DNA of 64,000 nt, taken from positions 124,001-188,000 of the forward strand of contig CATNEN010000040.1 in NCBI GenBank assembly GCA_950097015.1, in the 5' to 3' direction. Below the pieces are notes generated by a model, which saw only the letters and a program-made list of their open reading frames with translations, searched no databases and was not told where the DNA came from. Positions 1-12,800 of this stretch are shown here, piece by piece. A program made the translations under genes and the position numbers. Numbering within the stretch: position 1 is the first letter of the stretch; each line of letters begins with the position of its first letter. The stretch is from Macrostomum hystrix. Its lineage: Eukaryota > Animalia > Platyhelminthes.

Positions 1-964
1 TTCATCCTATTCAACTTTCCACTGTATGGCGCTAACATGAGCTCCCTTTCCTTTCTCCTGTTTTCTTTTTCTAATTCTAAAATAGCCTCTCTCTGTATGT
101 GTATAATGTGACGCCTTGCGACTCAAGTGTGCTTGTACTTTTATAAGGACTGTCTCCGGGCTATAGAGCTCCGGCTTGATTTGCTTCTGTTTCTCTGATA
201 ATCAGCATTCTCTCCACCTTGGTTTGCTCCCCACTGCTTCTGCTGGACTCTCGGATTTCACGCTTAATTTGCACTATTTTAATTTGTACAGCGGTGCTTA
301 CTAAGCAAGTCTCCCCCGTTGCCCGCCGCTGCCAAAGTCACTTGAGACTTAAGACATTTTCTGAATGTAGTAGTTGTGGAAATTCACTATTTTCACTCAC
401 TCATTCTCCCGTGCCAAAGCCCTTCATTCCTATGCGATCTTCCCCGATAAAAACAGTACTATAAGGTCGTTTCTAATGCCACTCTAGCGTCGTTAGCGAC
501 TCTGCATCGACCCTGCGAGCATAGAACGGCTTCCAATGCCGAGGTTATCGTTTAATCTGGTTCACCTGTTTGGCTGGTGTCTTAAATCCTATTTCGTTGT
601 CTCGTATTCCATCTTTAAACTTTATTACCACTCTTATTATGCAAATTTAGTTTTGTTTGTATTTATTGGGAACTTATTTCCTACTCGAATACTCGGTTTT
701 ACTTCCTGTTCCTCACACTTCTCTAGCTCTTTGTTCCACTCCAATCTTTTTTGTAATCAAGCCAGTTTCCTAACGCTTTGTTGCATATAATTACGATAGA
801 ATTTATTCTGTGGACCAACAGTCTCTCTAGTTGGTTGGCCCACCAATAAGTATCATCTTACTGTTTTTACGAATTTCGACTCAAAACTGGCTTTCATCCT
901 ATAAATCGGGGTCTATTGTGTCTAGGTCCGAAGAATGAGTGAAAAGTTACCATCAGTTGATTTA

Positions 965-1080
965 AAAATATGGTGTGGAGATCCAGTCCACGGACTGAAT
1001 GAAGCTGAACACAGCCTTTATTAGCCGCGCACAATAGCTGCAGTTGTGCCACTACCTGTTCATCTATGATTTATTATTAT
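965..1080 (+). mobile_element. 3' fragment of SINE family B with (TTA)n tail
   Basis: CAGTCCACGGACTG...GCACAATAGCTGCAGTTGTGC resembles the 3' half of the SINE at 13085-13400 and 63268-63522, and ends in ttattattat. Confidence 0.5.
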
Positions 1081-1360
1081 TCTTTGCAGGAGGGCTGCGG
1101 GCAATGGCACATCATTTGGTGACACTAGACCCGCAGCCAGCGAGGAGGCAATTCTGCCCAATTCGCTAACTCCTGAGCACACACGCACTCAGATACCGTA
1201 CACAGGCACACGCTCACACAGGTGTGTACATCTGCCCTGAATTTCTCATCGTCAGGCAGTGTACACTCTCACTGTGCCTTGGAGGTTGGCCCCCAAGGGC
1301 GTAAATTGCACGACAAGCCAACAAGCCTTCTATCCACGGCTGCGCCCCAAATAAATGTGA
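1081..1360 (-). mobile_element. SINE family A, 5'-truncated copy
   Basis: About 280 bp closely similar to 49880-50230 and 47985-48290 (e.g. GGGCAATGGCACATCA, CAGCGAGGAGGCAATTCTGCCCA, TTTCTCATCGTCAGGCAGTGTAC). The tRNA-like head is missing. Confidence 0.8.
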
Positions 1361-2903
1361 AAAAAAAAATCGGGATTTTAGCTTGGGGCGAGTATGTGTA
1401 AAAAGCGTCTTTACTCTTTACCTGGGGAGAAAAGTTCAGCGAGGAGATTGGTTGCGTAAATTTTTAGTGGGCTCAACCAGGTGGGCTGTGTGTGTGTGTG
1501 CGTGTGTGTGTCTGCACGTGTACACGGCGAGAGGGCGAAGCGAGTAAAAGGCGCCGCCGACCAGTTGGACCCAGGCACGCCGCGTGTTTGTGTTCAATAA
1601 TGCATGCTTCCCCTTCCCCCAGCTCCATCTACCCAGCTTCCACTCTTTGCACCTATATTCCCATCGTTGTTGGCCCCTATGGGCTCCCAGTCCTGCACAA
1701 TGAGCAGAAACTTACTTATTAAAAAATCTAACACACGTGGGGCTCAGCGTATCGAATCCAATATTGAACGGTTGAATGGTCCAACCAATTCCAGGTGCTC
1801 ATACATTCCTGTCCCCTCGCCGGCCTCCCTATTGCAAATCCCTCTGCTAATATCCGTTCATCCCTGTTTTCGCATGACTGGTCGGATATGTGGGTGGCTA
1901 TTTAGGAAACGGACGTTGTCCCTTGTGCATTTCAAAGCGATTTTAAAAGACAGTAAGCCAATTTTGTACATGCTCTGGTTCTGTAACATCAGGTTTATAG
2001 GATTTCAAATAAATGCTTGAGTCTATTCTCACCAAGACTAGTGCTAGTGCATCCATCGGCCCTAGCCCCATGTTTTACATCGCAAACTATCAACTCGGAG
2101 ACATTAGCTGGCACTCACACTGATTGGCACTATACAGCAGCTATTGGTCAGGTGTTTAAGTCCTACTTTTGTGCTAGATGGTTGGGTTGGGTGGGCAGGC
2201 CTGGCTGTGTCCCCAGTCTAATTGGCTATTTTTACACGGCTGTAATATAGTACAAAAAGTTTATGACTCTGAGCAGGTGACTGAGCACTGGTAAGGCTAG
2301 GCGTGTTTAATTATAATACACTATATGCAGATTTTCTTTGATCTAAATTCTGTTCCAATAATTCCGCCTATTTGTATGTAACTAGTAACCAATGCGTCGC
2401 TAGAAACCCCTCTTATTTTATTTTACATTTACCGAAAATGAGTTCTGCATCTAAAGAAAAGTGTAAAGGGAAAACTCCCACCTTTGCTAGTTACCATGCG
2501 TCGTTGAAGTAGTTCAGTTCCACCTCTCTTCCGTGGCCAAGAAAAATATTATATAGACTTTTTTTAATCAAGAGCGCGTATCGCACAAAGCAGAGTTGAA
2601 CAAGCAACTTCTCTTAGATGAGAGTGCTAAGCATGCAATAATATGCACAGTTTATTTGCAGAGGCAACAGCTATATCAGGAGAGAGGTCGCACTAAAGTT
2701 TAGTTGGTCGGGAGCTTTGCGGCATCCCCTGTGTTAATCCAATGTGCCATGAAACTCTAAGCATGCTCATGTAGTAGAAAAATAGCTTTTGTGTATTTTT
2801 AAGTACTAAAAAGTGTCGCAATTAATGCACTGCACTGAAACCAACAAGTCAGGCTATTGCGGGCAGTTGAAAATGTTACTTTCTTGTTTCTTTTTCATCG
2901 CTT

Positions 2904-4919
2904 TCACTGCCTGTCCGAACCGCCGTGCACCTCCATGAGGCGCATCCGACCCATGGCCAGTGCGCACCTGTCCTCCTTGTCCATGCGCTTGAACACCGCA
3001 CTGCGCTCGATGCGTTCAACACTCCAGTCCATGAGTAGGCAGAGACTGACCCGTTCCAGGCGTGGACAGCTGTACACGCGAGCTAGGGCATAGCATTCCA
3101 TTGGGCATGGGCGCTGGTGCTGATGCTGGTAATGCGGCTTCTCTACATCTGGGCCGGCTTTTGTACCGCTGCTGCTTGGCAACTCGGTAGGGTCTGTGCT
3201 AGCCAGAAAGGCTTCAACGATGACATCCTCGGCTGTCTGCTTGATGTGATCAATCTGGTATTCGTTGGCTAGTATAATCATAGCCGGCGCATGCTGCAGG
3301 CTGAGCCGATGAGGTGTAGCCGGGTAGAGCAGGCGCAGTAGCTCTTCAATATCAGCGGCCGACTTGCCAGGCAGTTGCACCAGCTGTTCCGAGCCCTCTA
3401 TGTAGCTAGCCCGGCCTCTTTGAAGCATCTTGGCAAACACGGGCGACACAGCTGTTAGTAGGTCTCGCAGGGTGTACAGCAGTTTGCCTTCAACCTCGAT
3501 GACTAGGTTGCTCTCGGGGTGACGACTGCTCTCGCTAGTGCCCGGAATGCTATCCATTTTCTTGGGACTGGCGCTCTCTTTGTACACCTGCCGATTTTAA
3601 TGAGCATAGCTATAAAGTTTTCCTGCTCACATCTTGTATATAAATCTCGACTGCAACTTAACCAATTAGGGACTTTTTCAGGGGTCGGCAACTCTCATCT
3701 CTCCCGTATCTCATCTTCCCCTGTCTCATCTCTCCTCTGTCTCATCTCTCCCCTGTCTCATCTCTCCTCTGTCTCATCTCTCCTCTGTCTCATCTCTCCT
3801 CTGTCTCATCTCTCCTCTGTCTCATCTCTCCCCTGTCTCATCTCTCCTCTGTCTCATCTCTCCTCTGTCTCATCTCTCTCCTGTCTCATCTCTCCCCTGT
3901 CTCATCTCTCTCCTGTCTCATCTCTCCCCTGTCTCATCTCTCCCCTGTCTCATCTCTCCTCTGTCTCATCTCTCCTCTGTCTCATCTCTCCCCTGTCTCA
4001 TCTCTCCTCTGTCTCATCTCTCCTCTGTCTCATCTCTCTCCTGTCTCATCTCTCCCCTGTCTCATCTCTCTCCTGTCTCATCTCTCGCCTGTCTCATCTC
4101 TCCCCTGTCCCATAACTCCACAGCTATGCGGCCCACAGTCGTATTTTATATTCTCTCTTTGACCGCAAAGTAGCAAGCTATATAACTTAACATATACCGG
4201 TATGCTATTTGAAAATATTCAGAAATATGAATTAGCTAGCACTTATGAATGGATGGAAAGTATTTTTATGCACCTTTTGTAATACTCTCTGATGCCTTAT
4301 TCGTTTTGAGTTGATTATTAGATTTTTTGTATATTTTTCGATAAATTAATAAAATAGTTATTTGAAGTCCATCTTTAAGCAAAGTTTTCCCTTAGTATTC
4401 CATAACAATATCATTTACCTGAGTGCCCTTGTTCACATAGTAAGGATTCTCAGGTGGAAACCAGTCGCTGTGCACCAGATCAAAGTCCACCATTAGATGA
4501 TAGCGATCTCGGTAGGTGGAGTCTCGCTGAATTAGGTCCTTGCGCACCCAGAACACGGACACGTCGCACTTGTTCCACACGCTCAGCTTGGAGTGGAAGG
4601 TCAACTCCTTCCAGCCGCAGTCGCGGCTCATGTACTTGAATCGCAGCAGCATGTGACAGGCTTTTAGAGGAAACACTGTTTTCACCTTTAATTGGAAGAA
4701 TCTCTTCTGGCCCTCGATAGTGCAGTACATGTGACAGACAAGATTCTCTGCCACCAGGCGCATCTCTCGCTCTTCGGCATCATCTGCGGCCGGCGGGCTA
4801 ACGATGAAATCAATCAGCCGCTTTGGAGTGCACTTGCGCCCATCTTCCGGCACGTAGAATTGCGTTTGCAACGGCTTGAGAAATGTGGTTGACAGCTTGC
4901 CCTGATCTTGGGTTGACAT
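2904..4919 (-). CDS. MATH/TRAF-like plus BTB/POZ protein (SPOP-like architecture), 2 coding exons, about 394 aa
   Basis: Exons 4919-4419 and 3587-2904. Donor CAG|GTAAAT at 4419/4418 and acceptor GGCAG|GTG at 3588/3587 are both phase 0, joining ...NKGTQ|VYKES... Exon 2 is a clear BTB domain (NLVIEVEGKLLYTLRDLLTAVSPVFAKML...LANEYQIDHIKQTAE). Exon 1 has a divergent MATH-like beta-strand pattern (IVSPP...LTFHSKLSVW...DLIQRDSTYRDRYHLMVDFDL), and that call is less certain. Confidence 0.7.
3679..4148 (-). mobile_element. Deleted copy of the hAT-type MITE carrying a 16-bp minisatellite (TCTCATCTCTCCYCTG), inside the MATH-BTB intron
   Basis: Starts CAGGGGTCGGCAAC, matching the TIR of the 57551-58225 element. 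The array is followed by CAGCTATGCGGCCCACAGTCGTATTTTA, homologous to the reverse complement of about 57596-57625. Confidence 0.7.
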
Positions 4920-4949
4920 GCTCAATCTTACTTAAGCGGAGATTTGACA

Positions 4950-7250
4950 AATCACTCTTGATTTGCTTCACTTTCGTCTGCTTGCTGAGGACGCTACAGC
5001 TCTCCCTAGATCTGAAGTTTTTCCCGCTCCCTAAATTAAAAGAGGCTTCTTGCTTAACTGTTTTATTCCTACCTTCCCTCTGTTCCCTTCTCATTTGGCC
5101 TTCTTCTAATGAATCACCCTTACAGGGGAAGAACTTATTTCCTTCGCTGCACGGAGCATCGCTATTGGCTCTAGCTCCGGTGTGTTGTGATTCCTCATCG
5201 TTAGGCGTCTTGGCGTCTGGACTGGAAGAGGAGCATGGACTCCTATATAATTCTTGGAAGATCTTCCTTGGAAGATCAAGGAACTCTGAATCTGAAAATC
5301 TGAACTCAATATCTGAAAATGGAAACTCCCTTAGGATAGGCGAGGAATGGATACCACGCACGGTTGGCTAAATTGAGCTGCTTTTCTCTCTCGAACAATT
5401 GTTTTCCTTATTGTTTCTTCTCCCCTGCAATCTCAAGAAGAAATGTTTGAGGATAGGAAAAGAGATGTGAGTGTCGAACCTTATAGCTGGGCTTGTTCAT
5501 TCGAATTATATCTTTCAATATATACCCTAAGTTTAGCCATAGAGCTCTTAATCTAGAAACTAGAGAGACAATTCCCCGCTAAACCCCATTTTCCGGACCA
5601 GTTATGGGCTGACTGGCTGTCCCGAAAATACACTGGACAGATAGGAAATTCTAACGTACCACTTGGAGAAAAACTCTGATCACTTCCGTTTTGTGCGACA
5701 TATTTTCAAAATGTTTGTTTCATTAGAAAGATGAATAAATTCTCTGCATTGTAGTTGAAGCTTGTGGGTTCTACCTGTTTTAGCTGCTGAGCGATAGGAA
5801 TAAGGCGAGAGTAAGAATATACTCTTATTATTTTTATTAAATGTGCTTTTCAGTTCGTAGAAATAAAAAATTATCATTTAGCATCCTCCTCGCTTAAAGA
5901 AATCTGAGTGCAGTTATTCAAAAGCAAGCCAAAGCACAAAGACAATGACCTTTGCTGGAATTTTGCTTGTAGCAGTGGTAGTTACCTGGATCAGTTCATT
6001 GCCATTATTTAAGCGGAACGTTTCCTGGCCTTTAGCCAATTTAATGAATGAATCGCTATGAACCTGAATTATACAGGTCTTATTCTCAAGCTAATGGACT
6101 AGCTTGTATTTCACTGACAGTGTCCTTGCTTGGCTATTGACTTATTTTAGAAAGGCTGAATTTGGCGACAAATCCATGGGCGTTCCCTGCCTAAAGCTGC
6201 CATCATCTTAGCCCAGGACTTCTGTTGGTGTGTAGGAGATGGCCAACATGCATTTAGCTATGACTGTTGTCATATGAGCCTTGACGCGTGTTTATATAGA
6301 GAAACAGATGCCAGGCAGGTAGGTATTAGGGGCTCTTATCGACTACCTCGCGTGTCGTATTCAGCTGGCAGTTTTCTCTGCTGACATTAGCACAGTGCTG
6401 TTTTCTTGCTTTGCATCAACTTGGAGACACCATGAGCCCTGTTTAGGAAACTATTTACGGCTGTTTGAAGGCACTGCATTAGTTTTCTTTCTACTAATTT
6501 TCAGGCTTCGATCAGGTGGTTAATCTGACATTTTCTTCGATCGCAATCTAGGTATCGTCTGAACAGGCGCATTTTTTGTCTCATTAGAAATCCGTCTCCT
6601 AGTCGTGTCTGTTTCACTAATGAAACCGCAATCGTAGCATTTTTACAGAGAGTTTGCGGAAGAAAAGTAAAGCGTAATTGGGACAGTTATTGACAATCCA
6701 TGTGAGATAGAGGTAAACTTCGCTGCACTCGTGCGCCTTCTATTAGGCAACTAATGGAAAAACGTTCAAAATTCCTCAAGGATCTTCTCTTCCCCTTTGT
6801 GCCAGTTCGCTGGATTCGCTGTGCCAGTTGTCGAGTTTGCAGAGATGCAAACGGTCTTAAGCATCGATTTAGCTGTCTTTCCTCCCTCCGTGGGAAAATT
6901 CGATTCCGTAAGCCGGGGGGTCTGTTTCTCCCGGCTTGGCCTAACGGATAAAAATGGCTCCCTATGCAGTCTTGGTGTCCCCAGAGTCTTTCTCTGTGTC
7001 TGTCTATTTCGTTTCTAAAGTGTTTGCGAATGTCTCAAAATTCTTCCCATGATGGCAACTCATCCCCACCCCGCAGAGCTTTGAGCGTCTGCAGGCTGCG
7101 TGCCCTTCTGTCATGCCTGATTGGGATACTGACCAATTCTTATCCAGCGTTTTCCTCTCCCTTTCGTCTCACTTTTCTTTCCACTATAACCTTTCTTTAT
7201 CACCTATATCATTTCTCGCCTCCATGAGTCTGTTATCCAGGGGAAGTTTT
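4950..7250 (-). pseudogene. Decayed coding relic, possibly a retroelement remnant
   Basis: Several minus-strand stretches read as protein broken by stops and frameshifts (e.g. GGDELPSWEEF*DIRKHFRNE near 7050; ...LIQVTTTATSKIPAKVIV near 5950). I recognised no diagnostic RT or integrase motif. Confidence 0.25.
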
Positions 7251-7325
7251 TTTAAATAAATTAATCTCGACTAATTCATAAAGCGTGACCCCTGTCAATG
7301 ACGCCTCTAGGCCGACCTCAGGCCG

Positions 7326-7353
7326 ACTCCCGTACCCCAACGGGTACGGGAGT
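7326..7353. other. Perfect 12-bp inverted repeat with a 4-nt loop
   Basis: ACTCCCGTACCC-CAAC-GGGTACGGGAGT read directly from the sequence. Confidence 0.9.
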
Positions 7354-8224
7354 GCTGCAATGCTGCGTGACTCTAAAGGCTATTTTTTCCATATCCCCAT
7401 CTCACCCAAGCCTGGCCCTCACTGGCCACAGTGAACTGATGAAATCATGACGCTGTGGTCGTAGGTTGAGAGAGAAGTTATTTTAATGATGCGAGAAAAA
7501 TTAATTACAGTTATTGAAGACCTGATGTCAAGTGAGATAGTAGCTGGCTCATTAAAGCCAAACCAAAATGTAATATAAAATTCTTCGGCAGGATAAATTA
7601 GACAGGAAACTCCCACAGATATGCGTCCGATAAGCTTCCATTAGTAATGAGCCGAATAAGAAGGGCCTGTGAGGCTGCACCGGATGGCGTCGGCACCCAT
7701 CCATCACTGCGGCGCGCTAGCGAGTGGCGTTGCGTGACTGACTGTGAAATCTTACTGTCTCTGTAAAAGTTTCTTCTCGGTGGAGTTTTCCAAAGCAGAT
7801 TCGGTTCTCTCACTCTGTCTAATCTTCTAGATGGAGTGGTTCTGGCCTTAATTACCGTGTTTTTTCATAAAAAATGCATTCACCCCCTGTCTACTTAATT
7901 TATAAGAAAACAAAGCGTAGCCGATTTGTGTGGGATAACTTTCGGACTGGGTCTCTCAGAATTAGCATGGATAATTTACGCCCCACGATGGCCATTCTCA
8001 AGATGCAATCAGAAAATTCAATTGTACACACCTGTATAAACGTGTACCTGCGTACGTATCTATATGCAGCCCCTTTAAATAAACATTTTGTTGAGAAAAC
8101 TCGCGGGTAGAACTCCTCCTTCTAAGAACATCGGGGCATTAAGCTTCGCGAACTCCTAATTGCATTCCAGCCGACAGGCCCCTCCAACCTAAGCCATCCG
8201 CGAAAAGCAGCAAATTTGCCAGCA

Positions 8225-9824
8225 ATGAACCCACCGAACAGTCGCAACACCCTGCTGGTGTCCAACCTGCCCTCTCGCGTCACCGTTGACGCTCTGATTG
8301 GCCACTTCTGCCAGTGGGGCCAGGTTGGCCGCGTCTTCCTAGCCGGCTCGGCCGAGTCCACCTTCGCCGCCGAACAGCTGTCAGCCGCGGCTCCCTACGC
8401 CGCCCTGGTGGTGTTCACCGATCCGACATCGGTTGACGCCGCTCTGCAGTCTCCGGGTCCGCACGCCCTGGCTGATCGGCGCTACCGCATCGAGCGCTAC
8501 CATTGTCCGGAGGCTCCGGCTAGTCCAGTCGATGGCTCGCCGCAGTCCCAGATTGTCAGCTTGCGCGTCCGCTGCGGCCAATTGCAGGTGGAAAATCAGC
8601 AGCTGGCCAGCCTCATACCGGCCAAGGACAAGGCCACCCGGCTGCTGATTGGCAACGTTGAAGCTTGGCGCCAGAAGCTGGCCTGGGTTGAGAAGAAGCG
8701 AGCGGAGGACCTGCAGCGCCTCCAGCTGGCTGTGGTTGAGCGCCAACACTCGGTGGACCAGCTGAGCGCGGCCGCTGCCGGCCTGCGTCAACAGTTGGAC
8801 GAGCAGAGGGCGGCGGATTTGGTCGCCAACGCCAGGGTCCGCTGGCAGGCCCTGCTGGAGCGAGAGAACGCCGCCCTGCTGGCTGTCATGCACGGTGAGC
8901 CGCTTCACCAATTTGAATTCGCCATCGAGGTTTATACAGAGCAGTGTTAGTTGTTCTTTTCAACAAGGTCTTCAACAAGAATCGCTGAATATCTCGACGA
9001 TGCTGACGTCGGACAAAAGCAAAAACAAAGAAACTTGAACTAAAGGCTTCAATTTTGTAGAAAGCCCAGACTGAAAAAGCGTGCGAATCATAGACGGAGC
9101 CGTATGGGAATCTCAATTAGATCACTTTGTATGATCCAAAATAACGCTGGAATCCTGTCTCAATTCAATATCTATTTTGCCAATAAATCAAATTAGTGTT
9201 AATCCTCATTCTCCGATCCCTCAACCCATGCCAGCCAAGAGCAAGGAACCGGCCCCGATGCAGCAGCTGGTTGCCACGCTAAACTCGGCCCGCCAGGAGA
9301 TGTGCAATCAGGAGGCCGAAAACAGCCGCCTGACCCAGCAGCTGAACCAATGGGACGCCCAGTTCCGCAAGCTGACGGAGGAGCTAGAAGAGGCCAAGAA
9401 GGCTATGAGCCGTCTGGCTCGCGAAGGCGGCGGCCAGCAGCAGCTGCTCATCCAGTCGCTGACAGCTGAGCGCGACCGTCTGCGCGCCGAACTGCTCGAG
9501 GCTGTAGCTGGCAGCGGCGGCAGCGTCAAAGCCGAGGCTCCCACCGTCGCCCAGGCTGCTGCTACAGGTGAACCCGATGACGCCAGCCTCGAGAAGGAAA
9601 ATAAAATTGTAGACTCCGGCGCTGCGAAGGACGTAGAGGGCGCCTGCGGCGGAGGAGACAATATCTGTGTGGGCGACGGCGAAGTCGACGACAAGCGCGA
9701 CGGCGACGTCTATGATAAGAACAAAGATAAGGATGGCATCGCCGAAAATGAAAAGGCGACTATTTCGCCGACGGCTGACCGCGCCCCGCTGTGCCCGCTG
9801 GCCGCCGCTCAGCAGGTGCAGTAG
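8225..9824 (+). CDS. RRM-domain plus coiled-coil protein, 2 exons, about 419 aa
   Basis: Exons 8225-8894 and 9235-9824 (donor G|GTGAGC, acceptor GCCAG|CC, both phase 1). N-terminal RRM (TLLVSNLP...ALVVFTDPTSVDAAL), then heptad-rich helices and an acidic tail. Confidence 0.75.
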
Positions 9825-12800
9825 GCTGATGGGAAATCACTCCAATCATGATCTTAGAAAATGATCGAGAGTGAGTGAAATTTCCCATGCACACAAGTGC
9901 AAAAGAAGAAGAATAAGCGACTGACCAATTTGTGTTTGATTGCATCACTCTTCTCCGAAATGAACTCAGCTGAAGTGAGAACGTTTTTTATTGGAATAAA
10001 TCAATTTTGTGTTTGATATTTAATAAAAATTATGAAATTACGAGTATATAATATGCTGATTGTGCCGCTATTTGATATTTACTTTCTAATTTTGATTTTG
10101 ATTTCATAAATCAGGTACGAGTTTTCTAATAATATTCTGTTAGACAATTTCAGGCAATTTAAACCTCTCTGCTTTTAAATCCGTTTTCAGATTTTTTAGA
10201 GCTGGTTTGCACTGTTACATGTGCACTCGAGCCAGTTGGTTTGGCAGGTGCTAATCCTTGTACAAGGGTTTATTTAGTTGTCCGAATAGACAATAAGCCC
10301 TTATTCAGCTTGAGCCGCGTGCAAACTCTCAATGCAAGTCCAATTGTAGCTTCAATTTAGTTTATTCTTGCAAATGTTTTTTCCGGTGTTTTTGTCGTTT
10401 CTGGTGCTGCAGTCGAGTGCGCTTTTAAAAAAATCTGGCGTTTCTTTTACCATTGCGCTGAGCATTTCGCTTTGACTTGTACCTTAATGCAATTTGTCCA
10501 TTTATTTCGACCTTTTATTTTGTACTTTTCTGCCCCACCCTCTATATTTTGGTGTTTTAGGTTCTTGTCGCATTTTCCAAAGGCTTCTTATTCTGGCGGC
10601 ATTTCGATTCGCTTGGGTCGTGAAAATACATTTTTATTTTACTACGAAGAAAATCTATTTTTCGCAATGTCAGACGACTTACTATTGATTGCATTCTAAC
10701 AAGTTGATGCTCTGTCGAGTTTGCAGCAACTCGTTTAACATGATTTCCAGCTTTATTGAGGCCATGTTCTGAGCTACGAGTATAACTCTAAAAGTATTTA
10801 TTGCACGCACCGTTCTCTGTATTCGATCTCTGCAACATGTTTAACACCAAAGCACTAATCCGATCCGATCTGTGTACTTGTCTATGATATTGGACCGAAA
10901 AAAATTGTGAAATTTTGTGAAACCGCACATAATTTTGACTTTTCTGGCAGGTAACCTTCGTCTCAATGTCTATTGTACTATTGTCTTATTCGTATTTTTA
11001 TTGAACAAAACTCCTAAATCTAATCTTGAACTTGTCAGTTTATTTTGATTAACATCGGAACTTATTGCTTAATAGCAGTGGAACTCATTTTTTTACATTT
11101 ACTGAAAACAAAATCGCTATAATAAAATAAATGCGAGTTACCACATAGTGAATACATTTAGTTTGCACGGCAACCAATTTATGATTGTAAGTTAATTTGA
11201 GTTTTCAAGCTGTCTAGTAATGTAGTTGTATTTATTTTATGAAGAATTCGCTGGTAATAATAATAAACGCGAGACTAAAACCAGCCTTGCGAAGCATTCC
11301 AATGTCAGAAATTCTACTCTACTACATTGTCTATCTGTTAAATACCCCAAGGTATTTAAAATATGTCATATATGAGTAGCCTACTAAATTTAAGTTTTCG
11401 TTCGAAATTATTCTGTGCATATATTTTTACGATATATATATTTACAGCTACATGCAATGATGAACTATAAATATAACATCGAAATCGTATTATTGACGGG
11501 GATAACTTACACAAAGCATATTCAAACCTAGACCAGAGGACGGTTACCTCCGGCCCGCGGTCCTGTCTCAACTCTCCGGTAATCTTAACTCTTCGTTGTC
11601 TCATCAATATCTCCCATATCTCATGACTTCACAGTCAATGCGCACGCAGTCATATTTTAGACCCCACCTTTGGTACGTCAGATTTTCGACCATGGTCGAA
11701 TAGTGTGAATTATTATTTTCCGTTTCTACTTCAAACGACAACATTGTTTGTAACAAAACATCCAGAAAGTAGCTTGGTTTGTCAGAAAATGTATTAAATT
11801 TTATTAAAATTGAACATAAAGCTAAAAATTATTGTAAAGAAAGCAGCTATTTATATTTTCTAGAAACTGCGCAATTTATTCTCTTTTATTTCAAACCAAG
11901 AATTTATACCGGTTGCCACTCATGTGTTGTGGATTGTTTACATTGTGTATGGCTGTGTGCATTGATAGCGACTGTTTTAATAGCTTTCGATTGCATTGAT
12001 GGTGTAGCATATTAATTAATATATATTTGTTTTTTAATATTTTAATGCAAACACAAATTAATACAAATCGCTTTTGATTATTGAAAAATACTGCACTTTA
12101 AGCTTGATTCTGTGTGCCATTCTGCTTTTCGTAGCTATACGTTTTAGCCTTTTTATCTACAATTTAGTGACGTACTTATAACAACCAACCATAAGAATTA
12201 ACAAGGGCAATGTGGCTAGGAGGGCTATATATTATTTAAGCTACGTATTTAGTTAGATTTACACTATAAATTGTAAACATATGTTGTATTCTTTGCACTT
12301 TTTTGTCACATTCTATAGCTAGATTAAATATTACTGAAGCTAGCTATCTAATCTGATGTCATGTATCATATCATATCATGATGTCATGAAAACAAATAAA
12401 ATTGTTTTCATTTTATTTACTTGGTTGAGTTTACATGCATACTTACTTTGTGTACTTAAGTGCCATAATTGAGCCATGTGTAATTAATATACTTGAATGA
12501 ACCTATAATTTAAAGATTGCTAAAATAGAATTATGGTCACTCAGTGACAGGAAATTTTGATGAGAGTTGTTTTGGTGACAAGCAGAAGTCACTTTGGTGA
12601 CATTTGGTATGAAATTTAAATTAGTGACAACCTTGATACCATTGGTCTTCTGGTGCTTGCAGCAGACTTTGTGTGCCCCTGCCATAGTTTCAGCTTTCAG
12701 CTGACAATGGACAGTAATTTCTTTGCTATGTTCATTTATTCTACTTTTAACATTTTGCTACCTTTTAGCTTTGTGCTACTTTAAAAATATATATCCCTAA

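Noticed and set aside
100-480. Penelope GIY-YIG or LINE 3' remnant (IKPELY-like peptide on the minus strand)
   Set aside because: Needs a frameshift, and no other diagnostic motif is present.
3519-4115. 198-aa ORF (SSVSSLLCLISPLSHL repeats)
   Set aside because: Translation of the 16-bp minisatellite inside an intron; not a gene.
4810-5371. 183-aa (-) and 162-aa (+) ORFs as genes
   Set aside because: Non-ATG starts, no recognisable domain, overlap with the MATH-like exon; more likely part of a decayed relic.
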